DNA from: a virus
Reading direction: 5' to 3' (one strand)
IMG/VR virus record: IMGVR_UViG_3300045988_070840
Length of the DNA stretch: 16,540 bases
Shown here: positions 5,336 through 14,563 of the stretch, piece by piece
Layout: each line of letters starts with the position of its first letter
How positions within the stretch are numbered: position 1 is the stretch's first letter
Notes under the pieces: generated by a model
Told to the model about the DNA's origin: nothing
The model's input: only the letters and a program-made list of their open reading frames with translations
Databases searched by the model: none
Made by a program: the position numbers and the translations under genes

Positions 5336-6770
5336 GACGGTTAAAACCCTGAACGCGACGAACGCAGAGATTTTGAACGCGATTCGCACTGATGCTTCGT
5401 TCGCGTATCAGCAGCGAATCCCTGCCGCCACGCAGGGAGACATTACCGACACGGTGAACAACCTGCTTGAATATCGCCCGATGATGAATGAGTTTATCGA
5501 CGCGCTTGTGAACCGAATCGGCGACGTGGTTATCAAGAGCAAGGTTTGGACTAACCCGCTTGCGCAATTCAAGCGTGGAATGATGCAGTACGGTGAGACT
5601 ATCGAGGAACTTGCAACCACGTTGCTGCAAGCCAAGCGTTATGACCCTAACAAGTCCTATGATGATGTGTTCGCTTGCAATCCGCCCGATGTTATGAGCA
5701 ATTTTCATAGCATCAACCGTCAGGATTTTTATGAGCTTACCATTAAAGATGTGCTTCTGCGTCGTGCTTTCCTTACCGATTATGGTCTGCAAGACCTCGT
5801 TGGGCGCATCATGGAAACGCCGTACACGTCTGATTATTGGGACGAATACTTGATTATGCGCAACCTGTTTGCGACGTACGCGAGCATCGATGGATTCTAC
5901 AAGGTGCAGGTGCCCGACGCTTCAGCAGCGTCCACCCGTTCGCAGAAGCAGGATGACGCGATGGCAATAACGGAAGCCGTGCGCTCGATGGCTGGAAAGA
6001 TGCGCTTCCTTTCTGGTCAGTACAACGCCGCTGGTGTTCCCACGTTCACGAAAAATGATGAACTTGTTCTGTTTGCCACGCCCGAATTTGTGGCGATGCT
6101 TGACGTGAACGTTATCGCGTTCGCGTTCAACGCATCCGCAGCAGATTTAAAGATGCGAGTTGTCGAAATTGACGATTTCGGAATTGACGGCTGCCAAGCC
6201 ATTCTGTGTGACCGAGGTTTCTTCATGTGTGCGGACACGCTGATTGACTTTGAGAGCATCCGCAACCCGAAGGCGATTTCGTGGAACTATTGGCTGCATC
6301 ACCACGGGATTTACTCTGTGTCCCGATTCGTTAATGCCGTTATGTTCACTACGGAAGCAGGTACTAGTGTAAGTGTCCCTGCCATTGAGGCAACTGGTGT
6401 TACGCTTGATTATGCGGTGGTTGACGGAGTGAAACCCGCTTACGCAGAGCGCGGTGGAAAGACGCGCCTTATCGCCACTGTTAATGGCACCGTAACGCCC
6501 AAGACGGAGGGGTACACGGTTCCGCAGGGCTGCACGTTCGCAATCACCGCGAACAACACGGGTGTTAATAGCGGCGGCGTTCGGTTGAAGCTGGGCACGT
6601 TCGTGGATGCCGAGGGCGTGCTGCACGTAGCCGAGGATGAAGTTGCGGAGAACGTGACTGTTACCGCGACCAGCACCTATATCAACCCGACGGTTTCGAT
6701 GGGCGAGCAGGAGTACAAGCACAATGGTTTGATTATCGGCATTGACAAGGCGTACACGCCCGCAGGTTAA
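5325..6770 (+). CDS. Major capsid protein (phi29 gp8-like, 481 aa) with a C-terminal Ig-like domain
   Basis: The ATG at 5325 follows AAGGAGGA. N-terminal segments (NAIR, LVNRIGDVVIKSKVWTNPLAQFKRGMMQYGETIEE) parallel phi29 gp8 as I remember it (NAIR, LVDRIGLVVIRQ..NNPLKKFKKG..GRTIEE). The C-terminal ~100 aa is beta-rich, as in the gp8 BIG2-like domain. Confidence 0.9.
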   Translation: MAIKTVKTLNATNAEILNAIRTDASFAYQQRIPAATQGDITDTVNNLLEYRPMMNEFIDALVNRIGDVVIKSKVWTNPLAQFKRGMMQYGETIEELATTLLQAKRYDPNKSYDDVFACNPPDVMSNFHSINRQDFYELTIKDVLLRRAFLTDYGLQDLVGRIMETPYTSDYWDEYLIMRNLFATYASIDGFYKVQVPDASAASTRSQKQDDAMAITEAVRSMAGKMRFLSGQYNAAGVPTFTKNDELVLFATPEFVAMLDVNVIAFAFNASAADLKMRVVEIDDFGIDGCQAILCDRGFFMCADTLIDFESIRNPKAISWNYWLHHHGIYSVSRFVNAVMFTTEAGTSVSVPAIEATGVTLDYAVVDGVKPAYAERGGKTRLIATVNGTVTPKTEGYTVPQGCTFAITANNTGVNSGGVRLKLGTFVDAEGVLHVAEDEVAENVTVTATSTYINPTVSMGEQEYKHNGLIIGIDKAYTPAG

Positions 6771-6780
6771 GGAGTATGAC

Positions 6781-8952
6781 ATGGCACAAGATTTCCCTGG
6801 GTTGCCAGAGAACATCTATGAATATGAGAACAGGTTTAATTATTCGGTATGGACACCGAACACTACCATTCTCATGTGCAACGTGCCGTGGGATTCTTCG
6901 TATCGCGATGTGGTGCGCTTTGATTCCGACAAGGAGCGGGATGCTTATTTTGCATCCCGCACATCCGATGGCTATGCGTTCACGCTTAATGGGCTTGTAT
7001 ATCTGCGATATGGTGAGCCTGTTCGCGTGAACGCGCCATTTGATATGGTTACACGTTGCAACTACATGGTTGTTAAGAACTCTATGCAGCCTATATCGCC
7101 AACAGAGGGCAGACAGCCCGATGTATTCTATTATTTCATTAACGACGCAAAGTATCTTGCGCCGAACACTACGCAGGTAAATGTGCAGCTTGACGTGTGG
7201 ATGACCTATTACGGCAGAATCAACTTCAACCTCTGCTATGTGAACAAGGGGCACATAGGCATCGCCAACGAGAACAGCACTATCGACAACTTATCGGACT
7301 ACTTGACCGACGCCGAGGGATTGAACATAGGAGACGAGTACGAGATTGCAGACATTGCAATCGACAACTTTCTCAACGAGCCGCCGTACATCGTCCTCAT
7401 GTGCACGGCTGATTTGACGGCGGGATTCGGCACAGTGTCCAACCCGACGCTCAAGACGGCTACAGGCTCGATAAACGACGGCATGCCATCTGGCTCTGCG
7501 GTGTACGCTTGCAACAGCGAGAACTTCCTCGCTCTGATGGGGAAGCTGCAAGATGCGCCCTGGGTCTCGCAGTGCATCAGCATGGTGACGGTTGTGCCAG
7601 CCCGATTCGTGCAGAACGCGACGAATACGACGGTAGCGGGCATAGATATGCTCACCATGCCCGACAACCCTGCTGAGAACATCAGGTCGCTGGACGTTCC
7701 GAACGTAATGGGCATGTTCCATATTCCAGAGCGCTACAGGAATCTCTTGAAATTCTACACGTCGCCGTATTGCGTGATAGAGATGACGGGGTACAACGGC
7801 GGAGAAGTCGTGATGAAGCCCGAATGCTTGGAACTTGACAATGACGGTGGGATTTCAATCCTCACCAACACGGTCGTCGCGCCGCCTGATATCCGCGCCT
7901 ACTCTTACGTTGCGGGCTACAATACGGCGAACGGCGTCGGCGGCAGCGTCGATGCGGACTACTATCTTCCGAGCGGGGGAGACCCGTTCCCTCATTCGGA
8001 GTACAACGAGGAGGGGCTGGACATTGCGGTTCAGTTCAGCAACTTTCCGCAGTTTTCGCTTGTGAACAATCAGTACATATACTATTTGGCGTCGAACAGG
8101 AACAGGCTCGCGTACCAGTTCGCCGCTGCGGACTGGTCGCAGCAGAAGTCGCTCACGGCGGCGCAGCTCTCGTTCAACCAGAGCGGCGCGAACATGCAGA
8201 ACGCTTGGGCGAACCAGCAGGTCGCGAACCAGGCGAACTGGGCTTTGAGCGGCATCTCGCAGGAGAAGAACCTGTGGAGCGGGGCTACGTCCATGGCATC
8301 GTCCGGGGTGGGCGCTTTGGGAGCCGGTTTGTCTGGAAACGCAGGCGGTGCGGCGGCGGGCGTCGCCAACATGGCTCTTGCAGGTGCGAACACCGCGCTG
8401 AACGCCGACTGGATTAACAGGACTACCGCGACGCAGGTGGGAGCGGCTACCGCAACCACGCAGAACAACATCGGCTTGCAGGGATACATCAGGGACACGA
8501 ACTACGATTACGCAGTGTACGCCGCGAACGGGGATTACGAGACTGCCATACAAGGCATACAGGCGAAGGTTCAGGATGCGCGGCTCACGCAGCCGTCCAC
8601 CTCTGGGCAGAACGGCGGCGACGCGTTCAACTTCTGCAAGGGCTACATGGGAGTGCGTTTGAAGTTCAAGCGGCTGAAGCCGAACTTCATGCGCCAAGTC
8701 GGCGACTTCTGGCTGCGGTACGGATACTACGTGAACCGCTGGATTGTCCCGCCCGCCGACTTGAAGTGCATGGAGAACTTCACGTACTGGAAGATGCAGA
8801 GCGTCTCTCTTGACTCTAGCGAGGTTCCCGAGCTGTTCAAGGAGAGCATCAGGGGCATTTTTGAGAAGGGCGTGACAGTTTGGAACGACCCTGATAAGAT
8901 GTACAAGGTTGATTTAGCGGACAACGAGCCTGTGAAGGGAGTGCGTTACTGA
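6781..8952 (+). CDS. Tail knob / distal tube protein (phi29 gp9-like, 723 aa)
   Basis: The ATG at 6781 follows AAGGAG with a 6-nt spacer. The N-terminal region (ILMCNVPWDSSYRDVVRF ... FYYFINDAKYLAPNTTQVNVQLDVWMTY) parallels phi29 gp9 as I remember it ([20 protein letters not shown] ... [31 protein letters not shown]). Gene order matches phi29. Confidence 0.85.
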   Translation: MAQDFPGLPENIYEYENRFNYSVWTPNTTILMCNVPWDSSYRDVVRFDSDKERDAYFASRTSDGYAFTLNGLVYLRYGEPVRVNAPFDMVTRCNYMVVKNSMQPISPTEGRQPDVFYYFINDAKYLAPNTTQVNVQLDVWMTYYGRINFNLCYVNKGHIGIANENSTIDNLSDYLTDAEGLNIGDEYEIADIAIDNFLNEPPYIVLMCTADLTAGFGTVSNPTLKTATGSINDGMPSGSAVYACNSENFLALMGKLQDAPWVSQCISMVTVVPARFVQNATNTTVAGIDMLTMPDNPAENIRSLDVPNVMGMFHIPERYRNLLKFYTSPYCVIEMTGYNGGEVVMKPECLELDNDGGISILTNTVVAPPDIRAYSYVAGYNTANGVGGSVDADYYLPSGGDPFPHSEYNEEGLDIAVQFSNFPQFSLVNNQYIYYLASNRNRLAYQFAAADWSQQKSLTAAQLSFNQSGANMQNAWANQQVANQANWALSGISQEKNLWSGATSMASSGVGALGAGLSGNAGGAAAGVANMALAGANTALNADWINRTTATQVGAATATTQNNIGLQGYIRDTNYDYAVYAANGDYETAIQGIQAKVQDARLTQPSTSGQNGGDAFNFCKGYMGVRLKFKRLKPNFMRQVGDFWLRYGYYVNRWIVPPADLKCMENFTYWKMQSVSLDSSEVPELFKESIRGIFEKGVTVWNDPDKMYKVDLADNEPVKGVRY

Positions 8953-9851
8953 TGGGAAGGAACCGCAAGGGAAAGCGCAACACGTGGCAGTCGGCCGAGA
9001 TGAACAATCTTCAGTACCGCATGTACTACGAGCTGCTTGAGCAGATGGCTTGCGCGATATACCGATGGGAGGGCTTGCCAGCGGAGATTGACCAGCGATT
9101 CTTGGAGCTTACGCTTTTCAATCGCGGTATGAGCGTGTTTTTCTGGGATGACGAGTACGACGCTTATTTCTCAACTATGGGCGCGCCGTCTGGGCAGATT
9201 AACATGTACCAGAATCCGTTGGCGTACATTGCGTATGGCACAAATGGGTTTCATCGCCGCTTGAAGTCAACGGAATGTGTCCCGATATGGAACAACTACT
9301 TGCGCCGCCCCGACATTAACGCCATGCGCATATACGCGCGTCGCCTTGCAGACATTGACAGAACCGTGGACGTGAACCTTATGAGCCAGAAAATGCCAAT
9401 CTTTGCGGTTGTTCCTGAATCGCAGAGGTTGACCATTCAGAACCTTATGAAACAGTACGTGGGCAACGAGCCTATTATTGTTGGCGCTGATGGGATGTTC
9501 GACCCGTCGCAGATAACGTATCTCAATTCTGGTGCACCGTTCATCACGCCAGAGCTGCTCAAAGCCAAGCAGACCGTGTGGTCAGAGATAATGACGTACT
9601 TTGGAATCGAGAACACTAACATAAGCAAGGCAGAGCGAGTGCAGAGCGCAGAGGTGGAAGCGAACAATGGGCAGATTGAAGCGAACAGGCTTATCCGCCT
9701 TAATTGCAGACGGGAAGCGTGCAGGCAAATCAACCGTAAATACGGTCTTGAAGTTTGGTGCGACATGAACAAGGATGTTTCTACCGACAATATGAACACG
9801 CTTCTTATGGTTGACCCCGAGATTCAATCGGAAGGGGGCATGGGGCTATGA
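8952..9851 (+). CDS. Portal / head-tail connector (upper collar, phi29 gp10-like, 299 aa)
   Basis: The protein is collinear with phi29 gp10 as I remember it: a basic N-terminus (MGRNRKGKRN versus MARKRSN), YRWEGLP versus FEWENLP, TVWSEIMTYFGI.N versus AVWNEMMTFLGIKN, and REACRQINRKYGL versus REEACEKINELYGL. Confidence 0.95.
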   Translation: MGRNRKGKRNTWQSAEMNNLQYRMYYELLEQMACAIYRWEGLPAEIDQRFLELTLFNRGMSVFFWDDEYDAYFSTMGAPSGQINMYQNPLAYIAYGTNGFHRRLKSTECVPIWNNYLRRPDINAMRIYARRLADIDRTVDVNLMSQKMPIFAVVPESQRLTIQNLMKQYVGNEPIIVGADGMFDPSQITYLNSGAPFITPELLKAKQTVWSEIMTYFGIENTNISKAERVQSAEVEANNGQIEANRLIRLNCRREACRQINRKYGLEVWCDMNKDVSTDNMNTLLMVDPEIQSEGGMGL

Positions 9852-10600
9852 GTTTGTATGAAGATGGAGAGTGCGGTGTCCCGTACCATCGTGGGGCTAT
9901 ATTCACGGTTGAACTTGGTTCGCTTGTTGAAAACGGTTTTGATTTGGGACTTGACACCTACCCTATTTTCGACGAGGATTACCGTGCGCCGCTGAACGCT
10001 AAGATTGTGGAGCATTTCTATTTCAGAGAGATTGGTCAGGAAACACCTGCGCTTTTCAGGCGTTTCCTCAATCGCAAGATGAACGAGATTATGCCGTTCT
10101 ACAACCAGCTGTACAAGAGCGCCCTGCATGACTTCGACCCGTTCAGCAACTATGATATGCGTACCGAAGGAAGCACCACAGGAACATCCGACCAATCTAG
10201 GGATTATTCGCGCACGGAGAATACGAACACGAAAGCCACGAGCGATACAGTCAACGACACGGACAGCACGGCAAGAACGGTTGTCAGTGCAACTCCGCAG
10301 ATGCAGCTTTCTGGAAACGAGGATTACGCTACCAACCTAACCGACAGCAACAGCAGCACCACTGCTAAAGGCACAAGCACACAGGACAGCAGCGCGGACA
10401 GCGCAGCAAGCGATACCACGAAAGCGAGTTCAAAGACGCTAGAGGATTACGTAACGCACGTGAGCGGCATATCGGGTATCACCAAAGCACAAGCCCTCAT
10501 GCAGTTCCGTGATACGTTCCTCAATATCGACATGATGGTGATTGGCGATTTGAACGAACTTTTCATGGGTATATACACTGATTATTGGAACGCTCTTTAG
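9848..10600 (+). CDS. Lower collar protein (phi29 gp11-like, 250 aa)
   Basis: An ATGA overlap links it to the portal stop. It occupies the gp11 position. The segment YPIFDEDYRAPLNAKIVEHFYFREIGQETPALFRRFLNRKMNEIMPFYNQLY is characteristic, from memory, of lower-collar proteins of small podoviruses. The middle is rich in S, T and D. Confidence 0.8.
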   Translation: MSLYEDGECGVPYHRGAIFTVELGSLVENGFDLGLDTYPIFDEDYRAPLNAKIVEHFYFREIGQETPALFRRFLNRKMNEIMPFYNQLYKSALHDFDPFSNYDMRTEGSTTGTSDQSRDYSRTENTNTKATSDTVNDTDSTARTVVSATPQMQLSGNEDYATNLTDSNSSTTAKGTSTQDSSADSAASDTTKASSKTLEDYVTHVSGISGITKAQALMQFRDTFLNIDMMVIGDLNELFMGIYTDYWNAL

Positions 10601-10613
10601 GGAGGTGATATTT

Positions 10614-11141
10614 ATGGCAATCTATTATCCGTTCCTTGGTGGAGGTCGAACGTGCAATCAGATTACAACGCCGCTTGTGTATGATGAATCGCTTTCCGTA
10701 GAGCAGCAGATTGCTTGCCTGTTTGGGAAGATTGCGGACATTGGCAGCGATTTTGTTACAACTGTTGAGTTTGATGATTTTAAGAATCAGATTCATGCAG
10801 AGCAGGTTTCACAAACTGAACAGATTGAAGGGTACACGAATTCAGAGATTGATAAGCTGGATAAAAACTTGCGAGATTTGATTGCAAATTTGCAGGTTGG
10901 TACGCTTATCTGGAATGTGACGGTGGGCACGTACGCAGACAATGTTAAAGCAATGCGTGACTTCTTCAATGACGTCACGGTGCACGCAATCACCGTAGAC
11001 CAGCTTGCGCAGCTTGACATGACCGTTGACCAGCTTGCCGACTGCGGGCTGAACGTCCGAGGGCTGGCAGTTTACAGCGGTCAGCTTATGGGGGACGGTT
11101 TTGTACCAGAAGGAATCATGTATGATGAGGAGAGTGTATAA
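10614..11141 (+). CDS. Putative tail fibre / appendage-associated protein (175 aa)
   Basis: The ATG at 10614 follows GGGAGGTG; the track start at the GTG at 10605 lies inside that RBS. The N-terminal PLVYDESLSVEQQIACLFGKI resembles the N-termini of Firmicute-phage fibre proteins. The gene lies between the collar and fibre genes. Confidence 0.45.
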   Translation: MAIYYPFLGGGRTCNQITTPLVYDESLSVEQQIACLFGKIADIGSDFVTTVEFDDFKNQIHAEQVSQTEQIEGYTNSEIDKLDKNLRDLIANLQVGTLIWNVTVGTYADNVKAMRDFFNDVTVHAITVDQLAQLDMTVDQLADCGLNVRGLAVYSGQLMGDGFVPEGIMYDEESV

Positions 11142-12037
11142 TGGCTACAGAGCACACACCGAACTATAATTTGGATTTGTACGCATCGGCGGACAAGCCG
11201 AACCTGCGCGACCAATACAACGCCGCGATGGGCAAGGTTGATGCGCAGATGAAGAAGACGGCGGACGACATTACCAATGCGAACGCGAACGTCCTCATGA
11301 TGCAGTCGCAGGTGAGCAAGAACAAGGAGGACATCGCGGCGCTGGAATCCACCGTGGAGACGCACGGTGCTCAGATTACGAGTGCTCAGAAGACGGCGGA
11401 CGACGCGCTCTCGCTCGCGCACACCAACAAGACCGATATCGCGGGTACGCAAGCCGACGTGACGGCGCTTACGGGAAGTGTGAGCGCGGTCGAGGGCGTT
11501 GCGAGCAAGAACAAGGACGACATTTCCACACTGAGCGCCAACGTTTCGCAGAAGGCACCGACACACCATGCGTCGTCCACCACGCTGTACGGCCAGGGAA
11601 CCGCGACCGAGTACGGCCATGTGAAGGTCGCCGACAGCGGCAGCGCTTCCGCTGCCACTGGCACTGCTGCATCGCCGCAGATGGTGAGCCAGGTAGCTGG
11701 GCAGGTTTCCTCGCTCACGGAACAGTGGGGCGCGGCTCCCGCCAGCATCGGGAGCGAGCTTTCGAGCGGGTGCCACGTCAGAACATGGGGGAAGGTCGTC
11801 GCGGTGACATGTTTGGACGTGAGCGTACCAGGCGACACGAAGACGATGATTGGCAAGCTAGGGGCACAGTACGTGCCGCCCGTAAAGACGACTGGCATTG
11901 TGATGAGTTCGTGCAACGGTGTCAACCGACCGGGATACTTGCAGGTCGATACATCGGGCAGTATTTTTATCAACATGGTGGCAGGTGAACCCACATCCGA
12001 GGTTGCGACGGGAGTTTTGATGTACCTCGCAGGATAG
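11141..12037 (+). CDS. Tail fibre / receptor-binding protein (298 aa)
   Basis: A TAATG overlap links it to the upstream gene. The N-terminus reads PNYNLDLY...YNAAMGKVD. A long coiled-coil shaft contains repeated SKNK(E/D)DI..L motifs. An HHAS..LYGQGT..EYGHVKVAD motif is typical of fibre proteins. A beta-rich C-terminal domain follows. Confidence 0.65.
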   Translation: MATEHTPNYNLDLYASADKPNLRDQYNAAMGKVDAQMKKTADDITNANANVLMMQSQVSKNKEDIAALESTVETHGAQITSAQKTADDALSLAHTNKTDIAGTQADVTALTGSVSAVEGVASKNKDDISTLSANVSQKAPTHHASSTTLYGQGTATEYGHVKVADSGSASAATGTAASPQMVSQVAGQVSSLTEQWGAAPASIGSELSSGCHVRTWGKVVAVTCLDVSVPGDTKTMIGKLGAQYVPPVKTTGIVMSSCNGVNRPGYLQVDTSGSIFINMVAGEPTSEVATGVLMYLAG

Positions 12038-12073
12038 GCGCAAGGACGAAGACAAGCTAGAAAGAGGTGCAGC

Positions 12074-13345
12074 ATGCCCACAACCAGAGCCATATGCTAT
12101 TATGCGATGTACGTCATAGGCGAGGTGGAGTCCGAGTGGGACTGGACAGCCGTGTATTACAGCGACCCTATCACGATAGGCATGATGCAATGGTACGGTA
12201 CGCGGGCGGCAGCCCTCCTCAACCGTGTCAAGGACGAGACGCCGACTGCCTACGGGGGGTTGGCATCCTCGCTGCGCTCCGACCTCGAATCGCACGATGC
12301 GGGCAGCACGTGGTGGAACAGCAGGTACCTCAACAGGGACGAGGGAAACAGCATCATATCTGTTTTCCAAGAGGAAGAAAACCACGTCATTCAAGAGAAT
12401 CAGGCCATCGCAGACTTCGAGGGCTACATCTCGACGCTCGAAAGCTGGGGCATGAGCCAGTCCTACCCTAAGACGCTGATTTTCGCGATGAGCATGTACC
12501 ATCAATCACCAGCAAGCGCAGGACAGGTCATTGCAACGGCAGGTGGTAGTGCAGACCTCGATAGGATTCACACCGTTTGCATGAACCATGGAGTTCTTGG
12601 GCAGTACAGAAACCGTTACAATACCGTGTACCAGAGATTGAAGGATTGGGATGGCGAGAGTGCCCCGCCTGATTTTGGGCAGAGCGGGGACGTTGACACA
12701 ACGCCTGGGGGCAACGAGCAAGGTATCGGAACAGGTGCGAGCAAGCTGGGCTATATCATTCAGAACGGAGACATGCTTGTCCTTTACGGCAAGGACGAGT
12801 ACAAGAACGGCGTCATATTCTATCCCGCGTCTGGACAGGTCTGGGTAAACGGATACAACGCTGACGGAACTGATATTGGCGGCGGCAACGAAGGCGGCGG
12901 TTCTGAAACAGGAAGTGAAGCACAGAATGCGATATGCAATTTGTACCGTTCGTGGCTTGACAAGTTTGCGTATTCACAGGGCGCTGGACGGCTCGACCCC
13001 GTTAGCAGCGGTTACGGCGACTGCTCATCGACGATTTGGTTCGCGTACCAGCAGGTTGCGGGAATAGACGTGGGGACGTGGACGGGAGACATGGCCGACA
13101 AGGGGGAGAGGATAGCCAGCGGGAACTCTTCTGACAACCTTCCCATTGAGGACATGGAGCCAGCCGACCTGGTTCTTATCATGTGGCGCGGATGGAACCC
13201 GTCGTTCGACCACGTGGAGCTGTATATGGGGAACAACGAGCTGTGGGGGCACGGTGGACCAGACTACGGACCAGACCAGACCACGACGGATGCGAGGAGC
13301 TACCCACGGCGCATGTACTACTGGGAGGTGAGACGGTACCTATGA
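12074..13345 (+). CDS. Tail-associated peptidoglycan hydrolase (phi29 gp13 position): N-terminal tail-lysozyme-like domain plus C-terminal NlpC/P60 peptidase
   Basis: The N-terminus reads GEVESEWDW...ITIGMMQWYGTRAAALL, an E...GxxQW pattern of the tail-lysozyme fold. Gly-rich linkers are present (GGNEQGIGTG, GGGNEGGGSETGS). The C-terminus has YGDCSSTIW (catalytic Cys), PADLVLI and DHVELYMG (His), matching NlpC/P60. Confidence 0.8.
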   Translation: MPTTRAICYYAMYVIGEVESEWDWTAVYYSDPITIGMMQWYGTRAAALLNRVKDETPTAYGGLASSLRSDLESHDAGSTWWNSRYLNRDEGNSIISVFQEEENHVIQENQAIADFEGYISTLESWGMSQSYPKTLIFAMSMYHQSPASAGQVIATAGGSADLDRIHTVCMNHGVLGQYRNRYNTVYQRLKDWDGESAPPDFGQSGDVDTTPGGNEQGIGTGASKLGYIIQNGDMLVLYGKDEYKNGVIFYPASGQVWVNGYNADGTDIGGGNEGGGSETGSEAQNAICNLYRSWLDKFAYSQGAGRLDPVSSGYGDCSSTIWFAYQQVAGIDVGTWTGDMADKGERIASGNSSDNLPIEDMEPADLVLIMWRGWNPSFDHVELYMGNNELWGHGGPDYGPDQTTTDARSYPRRMYYWEVRRYL

Positions 13346-14367
13346 GCGAGAGCATGTACTACGATGCACACGATATCATGACGCGGAACGCCATGTTCAA
13401 CTTCGTCATCGGCGGGCGCGGAACGGGAAAGACGTATGACTTCAAGTACAAGCGGATAAGGCATTTCATCAAGACAGGCAAACAGTTCATCTACCTGCGC
13501 AGGTACAAGTCGGAGTTCGACGACAAGCAGGAGTTCTTTCAGGATATTGTTGACCGCTTTCCATCGTGGGAGTTCAAAGTTGAGGGAATGAAAGGATACA
13601 TCAGAAAGGTTGCAATAGGTGATGAAAAGCCAGAGAAATGGCGTGTGCTATGTTTCTTCATCACGTTGGCAAACGCGTTGACCAAAAAGTCTGTACCCTA
13701 TCCCGACGTTGATATGATAGGATTTGACGAGTTCATAATTGACAAGGGTTCGCTACACTACTTGCAAAACGAGTTGAAGCAGTTTCAAGACTTCTACAAC
13801 ACGGTTGACCGATTTCAGGACAGGGTTAAGGTAATGTTCATGGCTAACGCCGTCGCACTGACTAACCCATACTTCATCGGATGGAGATTGAAGCCGAGAA
13901 AGGGTAAGCGCTTTCTCATGGCACACAAAGGGTACATGTGTGTTGAGATTGTGCAGAGCGAAAATTTTAGGGCGCACGTTGACAAAACTAGGTTTGGCCA
14001 GATGATACGTGGAACGTCATACTACGATTATGCAGTTGGCAACATGTTCTATGATGACAACGACAAGTTCATTGCCAAGAAGTCGGAGGAAGCGAGATTC
14101 TATTTCGCACTCCGATTCGACAACAGGACGGTTGGCGTGTGGGTGGACTACACGGAAGGTGTGTACTACGTTTCACGCAGGTATCCGAAGGATGCGCTGG
14201 TTTACGTCTTGACGAAATCGGACATGCAGCCTAACCTGCTTATGATAGAGAAATCGAGCGTGGTGCTGCGGAGCGTGCGAAAGCTGTACATGCAGGGAAG
14301 CGTGTTCTTCGACACGATTGAAACGCGAGAGTTCTTCAACAACGTGTTCGACTATCTGGGATTCTAG
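13342..14367 (+). CDS. DNA encapsidation ATPase (phi29 gp16-like, 341 aa)
   Basis: An ATGA overlap links it to the upstream stop. Walker A is GGRGTGKT and Walker B is DMIGFDEF. The size is close to gp16 (332 aa). The start is the ATG at 13342, not the track start at 13183. Confidence 0.9.
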   Translation: MSESMYYDAHDIMTRNAMFNFVIGGRGTGKTYDFKYKRIRHFIKTGKQFIYLRRYKSEFDDKQEFFQDIVDRFPSWEFKVEGMKGYIRKVAIGDEKPEKWRVLCFFITLANALTKKSVPYPDVDMIGFDEFIIDKGSLHYLQNELKQFQDFYNTVDRFQDRVKVMFMANAVALTNPYFIGWRLKPRKGKRFLMAHKGYMCVEIVQSENFRAHVDKTRFGQMIRGTSYYDYAVGNMFYDDNDKFIAKKSEEARFYFALRFDNRTVGVWVDYTEGVYYVSRRYPKDALVYVLTKSDMQPNLLMIEKSSVVLRSVRKLYMQGSVFFDTIETREFFNNVFDYLGF

Positions 14368-14382
14368 GATGGAGGTAAAATT

Positions 14383-14562
14383 ATGGACGTTACGTTTGAC
14401 ATGGTGATTACGGCTATCGGCAGCGTTGGTTTCCCTATCGTGGCTTGTTGCTTCATGGGGTGGCTTTACGTGAAGATGAACGACACGCTCAAAGACCTCA
14501 CGCTTGCCATTACCGCACTCACCACGAAGTTCGACGACCATGTAGACAAGATGGAGGGATAA
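14383..14562 (+). CDS. YvrJ-like small membrane protein, candidate holin (59 aa), not in the ORF track
   Basis: The RBS is GGAGGT, 6 nt before the ATG at 14383. Translation is MDVTFDMVITAIGSVGFPIVACCFMGWLYVKMNDTLKDLTLAITALTTKFDDHVDKMEG. It has one TM helix with a VGFPI motif, as in the YvrJ family. It ends 1 nt before the endolysin ATG. Confidence 0.7.
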   Translation: MDVTFDMVITAIGSVGFPIVACCFMGWLYVKMNDTLKDLTLAITALTTKFDDHVDKMEG

Positions 14563-14563
14563 C

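Noticed and set aside
7855-8697. Long minus-strand ORFs (280 aa; also 8082..8498 and 7291..7722) inside the tail-knob gene
   Set aside because: They are Arg/Val/Leu-rich shadow frames of a GC-rich, Ala/Gly/Asn-rich coding region. The + frame has clear gp9-like similarity.
11081-12505. Minus-strand ORFs of 231, 235 and 215 aa opposite the fibre and lysin genes
   Set aside because: They are antisense shadow ORFs in GC-rich sequence with Arg-rich, low-complexity translations. The + strand frames have recognisable fibre and lysozyme/NlpC-P60 motifs and coupled starts.
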